From a virus (Duplodnaviria; Caudoviricetes), in the IMG/VR virus record IMGVR_UViG_3300031965_000102, positions 1 through 34,426 of that record: a stretch of 34,426 nucleotides of DNA. One strand, given 5' to 3'. Below, one piece after another: positions 19,701-27,755 of the stretch (position 1 is its first letter; each line of letters starts with the position of its first letter). A program made the position numbers and the translations under genes. The notes beneath the pieces are model-generated. The model saw only the letters and a list, made by a program, of their open reading frames with translations, was not told the origin of the DNA and made no database searches.

Positions 19701-20388
19701 TGATGATATGGATGGCGTTAAGATAGCTAATACAAATCGCTGGACTGATAACGAGGCAACCTTGGCATATCGGGCGGCGATTAAGAAAGAAGTGGATAGA
19801 ATCATTGTAACTCCCGGCGCGGGTGACTTGCCATTGATATTAAAGGGTACGGAGGCCGGGAAAATGATAGGGCAGTTTAGAAGCTTTTCATTTGCGGCAA
19901 CTAATAAAATTTTGATATCTGGCTTGCAGGAGAGGGATGCTGCGTTTCTAAATGGGGTTGTTCTTTCTGTCGGTTTGGGAATGATGGCTTATGCGGTTAA
20001 GACTTTAGACTCTGGCAGGGAGTTAAGCGATGACCCTGCGGTGTGGATACAAGAGGGTTTTGATAGGTCGGGATTGTTGGGGATATTGTCCGAAGGCAAC
20101 CAGATAGCTAATAAATTAAGCCGTGGAACGGTAAGCCTTCAGGCTTTATCAGGTCAGCCGCCTTTAACTCGCTACGCCTCTGTTAATGTAATGGGCACTT
20201 TACTTGGTCCATCGGTCGGAACTGTTCAGGATATAACACAAATAACAGGTTCAGCCGCTACTGGTGAGTGGACTAAATCCGATAGCAGGGCGTTAAGACG
20301 GATGATTCCTTATCAAAACCTTATGATTGTCAGGCAGTTATTTGACGAAATGGAAGAGGGTATAAACGATGGCCTTGGTGTGGAATGA
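16783..20388 (+). CDS. Large internal virion (ejection) protein, gp16-like
   Basis: About 1200 aa. ATG 16783 with GGAGG RBS is preferred to 16738. Hydrophobic Gly/Ala segments, GQFRSFSFAA, and C-terminal LRRMIPYQN. Confidence 0.8.
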   Translation: MPIINHSEVGQSFTPGFRAEPEEVKHEPEARDVFRAAFERENTIGSALQTVRGTAFDSTFNPFDSLEGYEDKATSFAYANTPEEVAGIKAKIDKERDNERLLQDAGTLGFVAGMTAGIFDPINLIPIGGAAYKSYTMGGSILKGAANTARAGLISATAAEAALHATQETRTLGESAVNVAGATLLSGVLGGAVGYVGGRNLGKLGKQIEDDLVVPRPDEADIGEPNSVILGGSVGAAAVRSTTLAEEALSKAWGLEKGMARLNPKLRLSTSPSVEARRYAQDIMETPFFYEKNDAGIANPIAIETIVAMQDARAAKVIDIQNSTFTKYKKRAKADGADSLPYLEFKQEISKALRRSDTHAIPEVQEMAKAYRREIFDPMKEAAIKVGLLPEDVKTTTADSYLYRWWDKQIVAARRNELRPIILDSLRADLGKTIKKFDVGTDIKARNIQSEIDELSMAGLRDDTGFVEGGKDITEAEILDAIRQLKSPPKKPETLISFLHKSGGLVDSGGELKHIGLTNKARPGFVRKSGMNFDDAALKAWEDGFFPHLQERPDIEDLLGAIRDDYTGNLVVRESDRGYAQELERLADIQRGLDELGVDIDKFKGVRRIDSNVDIEKLKSSVNKIQAERRLQRIEDLKGRSVELSASRAEIRATQLDLSEDELSMIVDNIIDNILGGADTRIPYDLPLAARGPLKERVLNFVRDDAVESFLVNDAEAVARQFLRTMAPDIAIKERFGDLNIIGKDGIITQKINDGYNALIDNAKTDKERVRLEKLKKSDMRDIEAVVNQIRGTYGIPENPDSVIVRSGRAIRNLNYISKLGGVTLSSIPDVGRAVMVHGMMRTLGDGIVPLVTKFKAFKLSAREVKEAGTALDMTLNTRALTIAELNDPYVRGNRFEKGLQNLSNTFGKFTLMAPWNTALKQFSGVITQGRIIDSVAKSVKGAIKPKDARYLNMVGIDVNMAGRIAKQLEAHGDDMDGVKIANTNRWTDNEATLAYRAAIKKEVDRIIVTPGAGDLPLILKGTEAGKMIGQFRSFSFAATNKILISGLQERDAAFLNGVVLSVGLGMMAYAVKTLDSGRELSDDPAVWIQEGFDRSGLLGILSEGNQIANKLSRGTVSLQALSGQPPLTRYASVNVMGTLLGPSVGTVQDITQITGSAATGEWTKSDSRALRRMIPYQNLMIVRQLFDEMEEGINDGLGVE

Positions 20389-20389
20389 A

Positions 20390-20418
20390 TTGTAAATAAC
20401 ATAAAAATAATGTAGATT
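20390..20418 (+). promoter_or_regulatory. Putative sigma70-like promoter for tail fibre/lysis genes
   Basis: TTGTAA(20390)-N17-TAGATT(20413). Confidence 0.5.
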
Positions 20419-20436
20419 AAATGCAGAGGAATTAAC

Positions 20437-22023
20437 ATGACAATATCCGATACGGCTACTAAGTTCAGGTATGAGGGTAACGGCACCACAGATACGTTTG
20501 CGTTCAGTGGCAAAGCCTTTACCGCCGCGGACTTGGTTGTTGAGCTTATCACAAGGGCAACGGATGTATTAGCTGAAACCCTTACAATCACAACTGATTA
20601 TACTGTAACAATTGCAACTAATGGCACTGCTAGTATTGTAACGGAAACAGCAAAGATACCAACGTCATTGCAAGATATTCAGATAAGACGTGATTTAGCG
20701 AAGACCCAGACAACCGTACTGCCTACTGGTACAAAGTTCCCCGCCAAGTCCGTTGAAACTGCAATAGATAGGGCGGTAGGGATTACGCAGGATTTGAACG
20801 AGGCTGTAACGCGTTCGTTAAAATTCCCCGTAACTTCATCTACCACCGTAGCAGCGTTGCCAGAGCCTGTTGATGATACGGTATTGGCTTTTGACGGAAC
20901 TACAGGATTGTTTAAGAGGGGAGCTACGAACGCAAGTTTAGTTGCGGGGGCAGCGGATGCGGCGACTTCCGCATCTAATGCTTCTACGTCCGCATCTAAT
21001 GCTTCTACGTCCGCATCTAATGCCTCCACATCAGCAACACTTGCTAGTCAATGGGCGACACTAACCTCCGGACAAGTAGCATCAACTGATTATTCCTCCA
21101 AGGCTTATGCTATAGGCGGTACGGGTGTAACCAATGCCGCTGGAGCTGCGAAAGAATGGGCTACGAAAGCTGAGGACTCTACGGTAGACGGCACGTTGTT
21201 CTCTGCATTACACTATTCTGCCAAGGCTTCCGACAGCGCGGACGCAGCCGCGGCAAGCGCGGCGGGTGTTAATCTACCAGATATTGAAGCGGGGGATGCT
21301 ACTAGGATACTTAAAGTAAATTCTGGCGAAACTGGCTATGAGTTAGCGGCTAAGCTACCAGATTTCACGGCATCCAAACGGGGTGCTATTGTAGTGCAGA
21401 ATGACGCGGATGATGGCTTCGAGATTCTATCTGACCAAGGAACGACTGGACAAGTTTTGCTTTCTGGTGGAGCTAACGCCCTACCCACTTGGGGAGCTAG
21501 CAGCCCTTGGGTTCTGCTTGAAACACAAACGGCAAGTACCTCGGCAACTATAGATTTTACAAGTGGGATTGATGATACTTACACATGCTATGCTATTCAG
21601 ATAACAGATTTATTACCGGCAACAGATATTGTAGATATTTTAATGACATTATCAGTGGATGGGGGAAGTAATTACCTTTCTAGTAATTACGCACATTATA
21701 CTGCCACAGGCAAGGCAAATTCTGCGACGTTGACGGGAGAGGCATCTAATGGGGATACGTCTATACCACTTACATCAGACCCAATGGGGAACGCAGCAGG
21801 CGAATCTTTAAGCGGACTAATATATATATCAAATCCAGCCAGTACGGCGAGATATAAAATTATTAATTATCACATTGGTTACTTTTCGTCGTCACCGTTA
21901 TTATTTTATTATTCTGGCTCTGCTACATATCAAGGAGCAACAACCGCCATAAATGCAATTAGATTTGCGGCATCTAGCGGCAATATAACATCAGGAACAT
22001 TCAAATTATACGGGATAAGTTGA
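20437..22023 (+). CDS. Tail fibre protein
   Basis: T7 gp17-like N-terminal anchor (YEGNGTTDTFAF...DYTV...IRR), Ala/Ser stalk, and tip domain WVLLETQTAS...SGTFKLYGIS. Confidence 0.85.
   Translation: MTISDTATKFRYEGNGTTDTFAFSGKAFTAADLVVELITRATDVLAETLTITTDYTVTIATNGTASIVTETAKIPTSLQDIQIRRDLAKTQTTVLPTGTKFPAKSVETAIDRAVGITQDLNEAVTRSLKFPVTSSTTVAALPEPVDDTVLAFDGTTGLFKRGATNASLVAGAADAATSASNASTSASNASTSASNASTSATLASQWATLTSGQVASTDYSSKAYAIGGTGVTNAAGAAKEWATKAEDSTVDGTLFSALHYSAKASDSADAAAASAAGVNLPDIEAGDATRILKVNSGETGYELAAKLPDFTASKRGAIVVQNDADDGFEILSDQGTTGQVLLSGGANALPTWGASSPWVLLETQTASTSATIDFTSGIDDTYTCYAIQITDLLPATDIVDILMTLSVDGGSNYLSSNYAHYTATGKANSATLTGEASNGDTSIPLTSDPMGNAAGESLSGLIYISNPASTARYKIINYHIGYFSSSPLLFYYSGSATYQGATTAINAIRFAASSGNITSGTFKLYGIS
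20968..21030 (+). repeat. 3 x 21-bp tandem repeat encoding SASNAST
   Basis: TCCGCATCTAATGCTTCTACG twice exactly, plus one degenerate copy. Confidence 0.95.
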
Positions 22024-22025
22024 TC

Positions 22026-22322
22026 ATGAAAGAAGTCATAAATTTAAACGGTGAATTAGAACTAGTGCCTGTTGATACGGTTGTTAAAACTATCAACGGC
22101 AAGCATTACCTTTTAACACAAGCTGAACAAGATGAGTTAGCAGCAAGAGCGGCAGCATGGGAAGCTGAAGCGATACAAAGACAGGCTTTAGAAGAAATCC
22201 AGCGCCTTGAGGCTCAAATAACTTCCCGCCGTACCAGAGAGGCAATTTTAGGCACTGATAACGGCTGGCTGGCTAATCAGGAATCTTTAATCGTAACAGA
22301 ACGTAATAAATTAGGAGAATAA
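22026..22322 (+). CDS. Small tail-fibre-associated protein (possible chaperone)
   Basis: ATG at 22026, directly after the fibre. LT.AEQ.E..AR...W and IQRLEAQIT.RR.REA.L motifs. Confidence 0.65.
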   Translation: MKEVINLNGELELVPVDTVVKTINGKHYLLTQAEQDELAARAAAWEAEAIQRQALEEIQRLEAQITSRRTREAILGTDNGWLANQESLIVTERNKLGE

Positions 22323-22325
22323 GAA

Positions 22326-22682
22326 ATGGCAGAAATTACACCAAGCTTTCCAGAACCTATATCGGGTAACAGGGGAGCTATACTATGGGAAACTCTAGAC
22401 GGTGGCGACACTGGCGAATGGTTTGAGCTTCTGGACTTCAACGGTAATACAGTTCAGGTTAAAGGTACTTTCGATAGCAATACATTAACCATGCAGGGCA
22501 GTAATGATGCAGGCGAATCAAAAACGGCATTTACCTTAACCGATAATAACGGTTCGGATATAGCCTTAACGGCTGTTGGTGGAGTTCTTATAGCAGAAAC
22601 CCCCCGGTTTATACGCCCTTCTTTAGGTTCTGGCTCAAGTTCTGATATTGATGTAACGGTTCAATTAAGGAAAGTGAAATGA
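22326..22682 (+). CDS. Small beta-rich structural protein
   Basis: AGGAG RBS. VQVKGTF...L..QGSND...P.FIRP pattern seen in podovirus tail-appendage genes. Confidence 0.7.
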   Translation: MAEITPSFPEPISGNRGAILWETLDGGDTGEWFELLDFNGNTVQVKGTFDSNTLTMQGSNDAGESKTAFTLTDNNGSDIALTAVGGVLIAETPRFIRPSLGSGSSSDIDVTVQLRKVK

Positions 22683-22997
22683 GCAGAAGGCGTAGGGCGA
22701 TAGGCGGGAATACTTTAGGCGTGGGCGAGGGGCTTCTTGCGTATTACGACACCACAAGCGCAAAGATGCTGGGTAGACGCTGCGTGGGGAGGCAGGACGC
22801 TTCCGGAGGATACTACCGCAAAACCACTAACGGGCGTGTTTGTGGACTCTCCAGCTACGGCGCTGGAAGTAACCTATAAGTTACAGATAATACGAACATT
22901 AAACGGTACTGCATATTTTGGCCGGACAAGTGACGTATCTGATGGAAACAGGTCATCCATACCATCTTCTTTAATAGTAACGGAGATAGCTCAATGA
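22679..22997 (+). pseudogene. Second fibre-like gene, internally deleted or frameshifted
   Basis: N-terminus MSRRRRAIGG...GLLAYYD is in one frame. The fibre-tip tail FVDSPATALEVTYKLQ...SSLIVTEIAQ is in the +1 frame. Confidence 0.65.
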
Positions 22998-23449
22998 TTG
23001 AATATTTCGCGGCAGCTTTGCACTGCCTGCATCCCGGATGTGAATTTACCATTAACGGGGATGAATACGAAGGGCTGACATGGCTCACTGATGGTATTCC
23101 CAAACCCACTAAAGAGGATGTTATAGCGGCTGCGGCTATCTGTAGGGATAAGGCAGAAAAAGACTATCTGAAAAAGCAAATAGACGAGGACACGAAAGCG
23201 AAGCTGGCACAATCCTTTACGGTTATACTCTCGATAGGTGAAAGGGAAATTTACCCGAAAATTGAGGATTTAACTATTTTAAAACTGACATATGACAAGG
23301 AGGTTTCTATAGACTGGATATTTGCTGATAATTCCGTTGAGCAGATAAGCGGCGGCGATTTAAGCATCGTGGTTAACGCAATTGCGGATAGAAGGTCGGA
23401 TATCATATTAAGTGGCAGAACTGCTAAGGATGAGGTTGATAATGCCTAA
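22994..23449 (+). CDS. Tail-fibre-associated protein (XkdW-like N-terminus, DUF4376-like C-terminus)
   Basis: AL..L.PG.EF.I.GD.YEGL.W....PKPT and WIFADNS motifs. Confidence 0.65.
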   Translation: MIEYFAAALHCLHPGCEFTINGDEYEGLTWLTDGIPKPTKEDVIAAAAICRDKAEKDYLKKQIDEDTKAKLAQSFTVILSIGEREIYPKIEDLTILKLTYDKEVSIDWIFADNSVEQISGGDLSIVVNAIADRRSDIILSGRTAKDEVDNA

Positions 23450-23699
23450 GCTTAAGATTGACCCTAGAATCTCATGGGGTAATATAATCACTATCATATG
23501 CGGCTTCTTTGTCGTCATAGGCTGGTTTGTGGCTATGGAAACTGCTAATGCGGGTAGGGATTCTAAAATAGGGGTTTTAGAGGAAAAGGTTACTAAGATT
23601 GAGAGCATAGAAAAGCGGATGCAGGAAGTGCAGGTAACGGTTGGGCGAGTGCAGGAAAAACAGGATTTAATGTTGCAGATATTGAGGGATAGGCGATGA
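23442..23699 (+). CDS. Single-TM membrane protein with coiled coil (holin-like)
   Basis: ATG 23442 with GAGG RBS. ISWGNIITIICGFFVVIGWFV TM segment, before the lysin candidate. Confidence 0.65.
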   Translation: MPKLKIDPRISWGNIITIICGFFVVIGWFVAMETANAGRDSKIGVLEEKVTKIESIEKRMQEVQVTVGRVQEKQDLMLQILRDRR

Positions 23700-24100
23700 A
23701 CATACTTACACTAAACCGTTATTATTCTGACGATGAGTGTACTTTAGGCGTTCTGTCCATAGTAGGGCAGAAAGACCCTATATGGTACACGATAGAAAAG
23801 CCGTGGTTGGATAATAAGCCGGAAGTATCCTGCATACCGAGGGGAGTGTATGACGTTAAGCCATACAGCAGCCAGAAATACCCGGATACTTTAGAGATAT
23901 GCAATGTGCCAGATAGGACACATATACTCTTCCATACCGCAAACTGGGCAAATCAGTTGCAGGGCTGTATCGCCCCGGGGTTATCAGCTGGTTATATTAT
24001 GTGTGACAGAAGGTTGCAAAAAGCGGTTACAAATAGCGTTCAGGCTATGTATCAGATAAAAGAAGCTATGGGTAAGGAGTTTGTGTTGCAGATAATATAG
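23696..24100 (+). CDS. DUF5675-family protein, putative endolysin
   Basis: TLG.L, YTIEKPW..N....SCIP.G.Y and VP.R..ILFH.AN....L.GCI.PG motifs. Confidence 0.85.
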   Translation: MNILTLNRYYSDDECTLGVLSIVGQKDPIWYTIEKPWLDNKPEVSCIPRGVYDVKPYSSQKYPDTLEICNVPDRTHILFHTANWANQLQGCIAPGLSAGYIMCDRRLQKAVTNSVQAMYQIKEAMGKEFVLQII

Positions 24101-24109
24101 GGGTAGATT

Positions 24110-24502
24110 ATGGGAATAGGTAAATTTTTAGGCATAGGAAAAGAGATAGCAGAGCCTGTAGACGCTATCGGCAATGCTTTTGACAAGCTGTTTACATCCG
24201 ATGATGAGAGGCTCTCACGCGCGGAAATGATGGAGCGGATAAAACAGGAGCCGGGTAAATGGCTTAGTACGCTTGACCAGATTTACGCAAAAAGTGATGA
24301 TTTGTTCTCTCGAAGGGCGAGGCCTTTTTGCGTGTATATTGCGGGGATTAACGCTTTTCTACTTGGGTTGGGTGTTGTCTGGCTGGGTAAGGGTGATGTA
24401 CCTGAATGGTATGTAACCATGACCACAACGGGCTTTTTGGGCGCGTTGGGGATTTACGGAATCGCAAGAAGCTTAGAAAAGATTGCAGGAAAAACGAAAT
24501 GA
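24110..24502 (+). CDS. Holin, 3TM (GTA holin-like) family
   Basis: DKLFTSDDER, F..RARP and LG.YG..RS.EK motifs with TM segments. Confidence 0.8.
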   Translation: MGIGKFLGIGKEIAEPVDAIGNAFDKLFTSDDERLSRAEMMERIKQEPGKWLSTLDQIYAKSDDLFSRRARPFCVYIAGINAFLLGLGVVWLGKGDVPEWYVTMTTTGFLGALGIYGIARSLEKIAGKTK

Positions 24503-24612
24503 TGGACTTATTAAGAGCTATAGGCAACCTCCTCACCCGCAAACAAATGATGCGGGCGGGTATTGTTATTACCGGGATTGTGCTTTTAGGTATGCTTTTA
24601 GGTAGCTTTTAG
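24499..24612 (+). CDS. Small membrane peptide (37 aa)
   Basis: ATGA overlap. MMDLLRAIGNLLTRKQMMRAGIVITGIVLLGMLLGSF. Confidence 0.55.
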   Translation: MMDLLRAIGNLLTRKQMMRAGIVITGIVLLGMLLGSF

Positions 24613-24627
24613 GTTGATTGCGGGGGG

Positions 24628-24807
24628 TTATATTATACGGTTTAGTACTTTTCCCAACACCTTTTTCCATCCGGATACTTCTTTCACCTCGTTATTCACC
24701 TGGCGGACTGCATTATCTATGGCTATATGAGTGCGGTTTATCAGCATCTCCGCGCGCTCCCTACGGGCGTTTATCTTTGCCCGTCGCTTGCATTCTTCTT
24801 TTGTCAC
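24628..24807 (-). CDS. Small basic hypothetical protein (59 aa, not in track)
   Basis: GTGA overlap and AAGGAG RBS. MTKEECKRRAKINARRERAEMLINR...KVLNRII. Confidence 0.65.
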   Translation of the reverse strand: MTKEECKRRAKINARRERAEMLINRTHIAIDNAVRQVNNEVKEVSGWKKVLGKVLNRII

Positions 24808-25022
24808 TCTAAGAACTCCTTAAAATGTTCGTTACTTCCTTCGATAATCTCCTTAATGATTTTATCCTGTCCAGCGGTTAGCTCGTGATACTTCGTGTAA
24901 GGACGTAAAACTTGGTCATAGAACGTTTCTATCGCAAGGCGCATGTCATCTGCGTTAACAAGGTTGTTAGCCTTCCAGTCGGCGTTATCTTCTTCTGTGT
25001 CTAGTTCAATAGTTGGTTTCAT
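24804..25022 (-). CDS. Hypothetical protein
   Basis: 72 aa, overlapping its neighbours in the operon. Confidence 0.7.
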   Translation of the reverse strand: MKPTIELDTEEDNADWKANNLVNADDMRLAIETFYDQVLRPYTKYHELTAGQDKIIKEIIEGSNEHFKEFLE

Positions 25023-25287
25023 TTTTGTTCCCTATGGGAAATTTAATTACGTTTCCTTCTTTCTTTTGATACTCACCTTTGACTCTATCAAACGGGAGCG
25101 TGTCCTTTTTTCCATAGTCCGTAACATAACCATTAATTAATCGCCTGTTAAACTCCAGACATTCATCATTTATTTTACACATATCGTCATAACATTTCTG
25201 CTCAAATCTAACTTTTGAACGGAGTCGTAGGTTGCTTATAAATAAAATTATAATTATGCCGATAAGCCATATATTAAGAAGCATCAT
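25006..25287 (-). CDS. Hypothetical membrane-anchored protein
   Basis: N-terminal TM segment and C-terminal NVIKFP motif. Confidence 0.7.
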   Translation of the reverse strand: MMLLNIWLIGIIIILFISNLRLRSKVRFEQKCYDDMCKINDECLEFNRRLINGYVTDYGKKDTLPFDRVKGEYQKKEGNVIKFPIGNKNETNY

Positions 25288-25511
25288 ACTGCCCCCTCGC
25301 CGTATTCAGCGAGGACTCTTACTTTTTCAAAAAATTCAAGCGCCTGATTCGCTCGTTTTTTAGCGTGCGTACATTTCAATTTATTCCACCGCCCTGTATC
25401 TGGATTTAAGATTTTAGGCTCGTAAGCTGGTTCGCAAATAGGTAAAGCTATTATGCAGTCCTGAAAATGTACCAACTGATAACCGTACGGAACTTTAATC
25501 AACATCCTCAC
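25284..25511 (-). CDS. Hypothetical protein
   Basis: 4-nt overlaps on both sides. Confidence 0.65.
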   Translation of the reverse strand: MRMLIKVPYGYQLVHFQDCIIALPICEPAYEPKILNPDTGRWNKLKCTHAKKRANQALEFFEKVRVLAEYGEGAV

Positions 25512-25798
25512 CCCCTTGCCGCTTTTAGCGCGGCTCTTGCTAATATTTTAGATAATTCAATCCCTAGCAGAGGACTGACGAGATAGTGGCCGTCTGGGTT
25601 TGGGCTTTGTTTGACTAAAGGGCATATAATTCGCATAGCCTCCGCCGCCCTCTCCACCTCCTCTTCCGTGGGTTCGGGGCGTTCACTCAAGTTAATAATA
25701 ACCGCCTGTATAAATTCAGCCTCTTCTCTATCCATGCCGCTTGTATATCCATCTATGATATCCCGTAGGATGTCTATTGCTTGCTGTGCTTCTGTCAT
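25508..25798 (-). CDS. Hypothetical protein
   Basis: EEVERAAEA...ARAALKAA motif common in small phage proteins. Confidence 0.7.
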   Translation of the reverse strand: MTEAQQAIDILRDIIDGYTSGMDREEAEFIQAVIINLSERPEPTEEEVERAAEAMRIICPLVKQSPNPDGHYLVSPLLGIELSKILARAALKAARG

Positions 25799-26037
25799 AT
25801 TTTTATCTTCCTTTGAATAAGCCGCTTTTCACACTTGTTACAGTATACTCCCGCAAAATCCCCATTGTTGTTATATTGGGCTGTACGATCAGCTAACGGG
25901 TGTGTACACACTTCACACTCAGCCCTCTTCCACTCCTTTGTCAAAACCTCCACTTGAGCCTCTAACGTTAATATCCGAACTTCCATGCGGTGCCTCCATT
26001 TAAACAGGCTTTTTAGACGGTTTTTAATTCGGTTCAC
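25795..26037 (-). CDS. Small zinc-finger protein
   Basis: CEVC...CNKC. Confidence 0.65.
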   Translation of the reverse strand: MNRIKNRLKSLFKWRHRMEVRILTLEAQVEVLTKEWKRAECEVCTHPLADRTAQYNNNGDFAGVYCNKCEKRLIQRKIKI

Positions 26038-26311
26038 TTGCCATCTCCTTTAATTGGTGGTAAAGTTCGCTTCCATTATCTTCCGATTCAATAAAGCCAG
26101 CCGCGTTAGTATAGCCTGTTTTCTCTGTATATGTTACTTCCGGCAACTCCTTCACAAGAGCGTTTAGGGCAGCTTCTGCCTCTTTCCTTACTCTCTCCCA
26201 CGTAGCGGCGTCCTCGTAGGAGCGCAACTCTCTCCTCCTCACTTCGCAAGCGTCTGGCGCGTATATAGCCATAGCCATGGCCTCTATAAGCTCTTTACGG
26301 TCTATTTCCAT
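26024..26311 (-). CDS. Hypothetical protein
   Basis: ELIEAMA.AI...W.....EAEAAL motif. Confidence 0.7.
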   Translation of the reverse strand: MEIDRKELIEAMAMAIYAPDACEVRRRELRSYEDAATWERVRKEAEAALNALVKELPEVTYTEKTGYTNAAGFIESEDNGSELYHQLKEMASEPN

Positions 26312-26501
26312 GATCCAACCTTATTATAACATCATATAACTGCGCTAATATTAACCATAAAATACCATTAGTTTGGTTGCCCTCAAAAAACTGCCAACCG
26401 GCGAGAGCAATAAAACATAACATAAAGACCAAGCTCGTTCCCAAGGCTATTAATTTGAGTTTTTTGTTATCATTCAGTTTTTTGTTATCATTCATTTTCA
26501 T
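26295..26501 (-). CDS. Small two-TM membrane protein
   Basis: Two hydrophobic segments and an N-terminal duplication. Confidence 0.65.
   Translation of the reverse strand: MKMNDNKKLNDNKKLKLIALGTSLVFMLCFIALAGWQFFEGNQTNGILWLILAQLYDVIIRLDHGNRP
26458..26493. repeat. Exact 18-bp tandem duplication (NDNKKL x2)
   Basis: AGTTTTTTGTTATCATTC twice. Confidence 0.95.
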
Positions 26502-26509
26502 CCGCCTTT

Positions 26510-26779
26510 TTAGTTGTTCTTTATTCCGTAGCGTCTTTCCAAAACCTCAACGCCCCGTTCCAGAACTGCTTGCCTCTGGGTTTCTACGTCCTGCAGCTTA
26601 CTAAGTTTTAAGTGGCAAGCCTGCAACCTACGCTCCAACTTGCTTTCCCAGGTAATGCCCAATAGTCTTTCAATAGCGTTAGGTTTCCTTACGATGTCGA
26701 TTTCCTTACCATATGCTATTATGATATTGGTATCTATACTTCCCCGATATATTGATATATTATTTAATATATTAGACAC
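26510..26779 (-). CDS. Hypothetical protein
   Basis: GTG start with AAGGAG RBS. Confidence 0.65.
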   Translation of the reverse strand: MSNILNNISIYRGSIDTNIIIAYGKEIDIVRKPNAIERLLGITWESKLERRLQACHLKLSKLQDVETQRQAVLERGVEVLERRYGIKNN

Positions 26780-26822
26780 AGTCTTCTCCTTTTAGTTGGT
26801 TGATATACCGCATGGTATTCTG

Positions 26823-27053
26823 TTATCTCCACTTATCGGCCTGATGTTTTGCCCAGAGTATAGCGGAATACACAACAAGGCTCACAGAGGAGGCCAACAG
26901 AAGGAACGGAACTATAATATCCTTTTCGCCCCCCGGGAAGAAGTAGCTTATCGCTAAGCTAATACCCCACCCCGCCCCTATAAGCGCCCCCCATTTAACT
27001 ATCAGGTCAATTACCCAGTAAAGCACGTATTTCTTGTATTTATATAGCTTCAT
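26823..27053 (-). CDS. Two-TM membrane protein
   Basis: ATG 27053 with GGAG RBS is preferred to 27083. Confidence 0.65.
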   Translation of the reverse strand: MKLYKYKKYVLYWVIDLIVKWGALIGAGWGISLAISYFFPGGEKDIIVPFLLLASSVSLVVYSAILWAKHQADKWR

Positions 27054-27294
27054 ATTTCTCCAGTATCTTTTTCCACTCCGCAATATCGCAAGAGCCTCCT
27101 GCCGTTCCGTGCTCCATAGCGAAGTTAATATTCTCGCATATTAGCGTTTGCCACTTTTCCGGCAACTCATCCCAGTGCTTTAACAGCCTTTCTACGCACT
27201 CATTAACTGCATATGTCCGGCGGCCTAAGCAGTAGCGGAATGACTCCAGAAGTATGGTTTGTAAATCTTCTTTGTCTGTGGCTATTTGGGTCAT
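27040..27294 (-). CDS. Conserved phage hypothetical protein
   Basis: FRYCLGRRTYAV...CD...W motif. Confidence 0.75.
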   Translation of the reverse strand: MTQIATDKEDLQTILLESFRYCLGRRTYAVNECVERLLKHWDELPEKWQTLICENINFAMEHGTAGGSCDIAEWKKILEKYEAI

Positions 27295-27755
27295 TTTTCC
27301 TCCATCGGCATAAAAAAAGCTTCACCGTTGCGTTCCACTATTCTATCAATTGCATGTGTATTATAGGCGGATTCCTTACCTCTAAAACTTCTAGATAAAT
27401 TGACATAACTACATTTAGTAACCGATTCACAAGCCTTTACATAAAGCATATAACCATCAACCTTAACCCAATCCCCCACCTGCGGTTTAAATATATCATA
27501 GCTATCGGGGTGGATATAGATGTTGCCAGAATATCTATCATCAGGGTCATTACCCCCAAAAGCAAAATCACTATGAATATTTGAGGCCTCTATATAATGA
27601 ACAGTTCCATCATCTGAAGTGTCAACCTGCAATGCAGTAACATTTAGCATCCCATAATCTTCATCTTCGTAACTATGAGGAATCTGCAAATTTACGCCAA
27701 ACTCTCTAGCCATATACGCTGCTGCTAACGTGTCTTTGTAGTAATATTCAGTCAT
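27291..27755 (-). CDS. Hypothetical protein
   Basis: 154 aa with YY.D.LAAAYMAREFG and YIHPDS..IF.P..GD motifs. Confidence 0.75.
   Translation of the reverse strand: MTEYYYKDTLAAAYMAREFGVNLQIPHSYEDEDYGMLNVTALQVDTSDDGTVHYIEASNIHSDFAFGGNDPDDRYSGNIYIHPDSYDIFKPQVGDWVKVDGYMLYVKACESVTKCSYVNLSRSFRGKESAYNTHAIDRIVERNGEAFFMPMEEK

Noticed and set aside
24618-24812. + strand 64-aa ORF after the lysis genes
   Set aside because: The - strand ORF 24628-24807 has a strong RBS and translational coupling and explains the region better.
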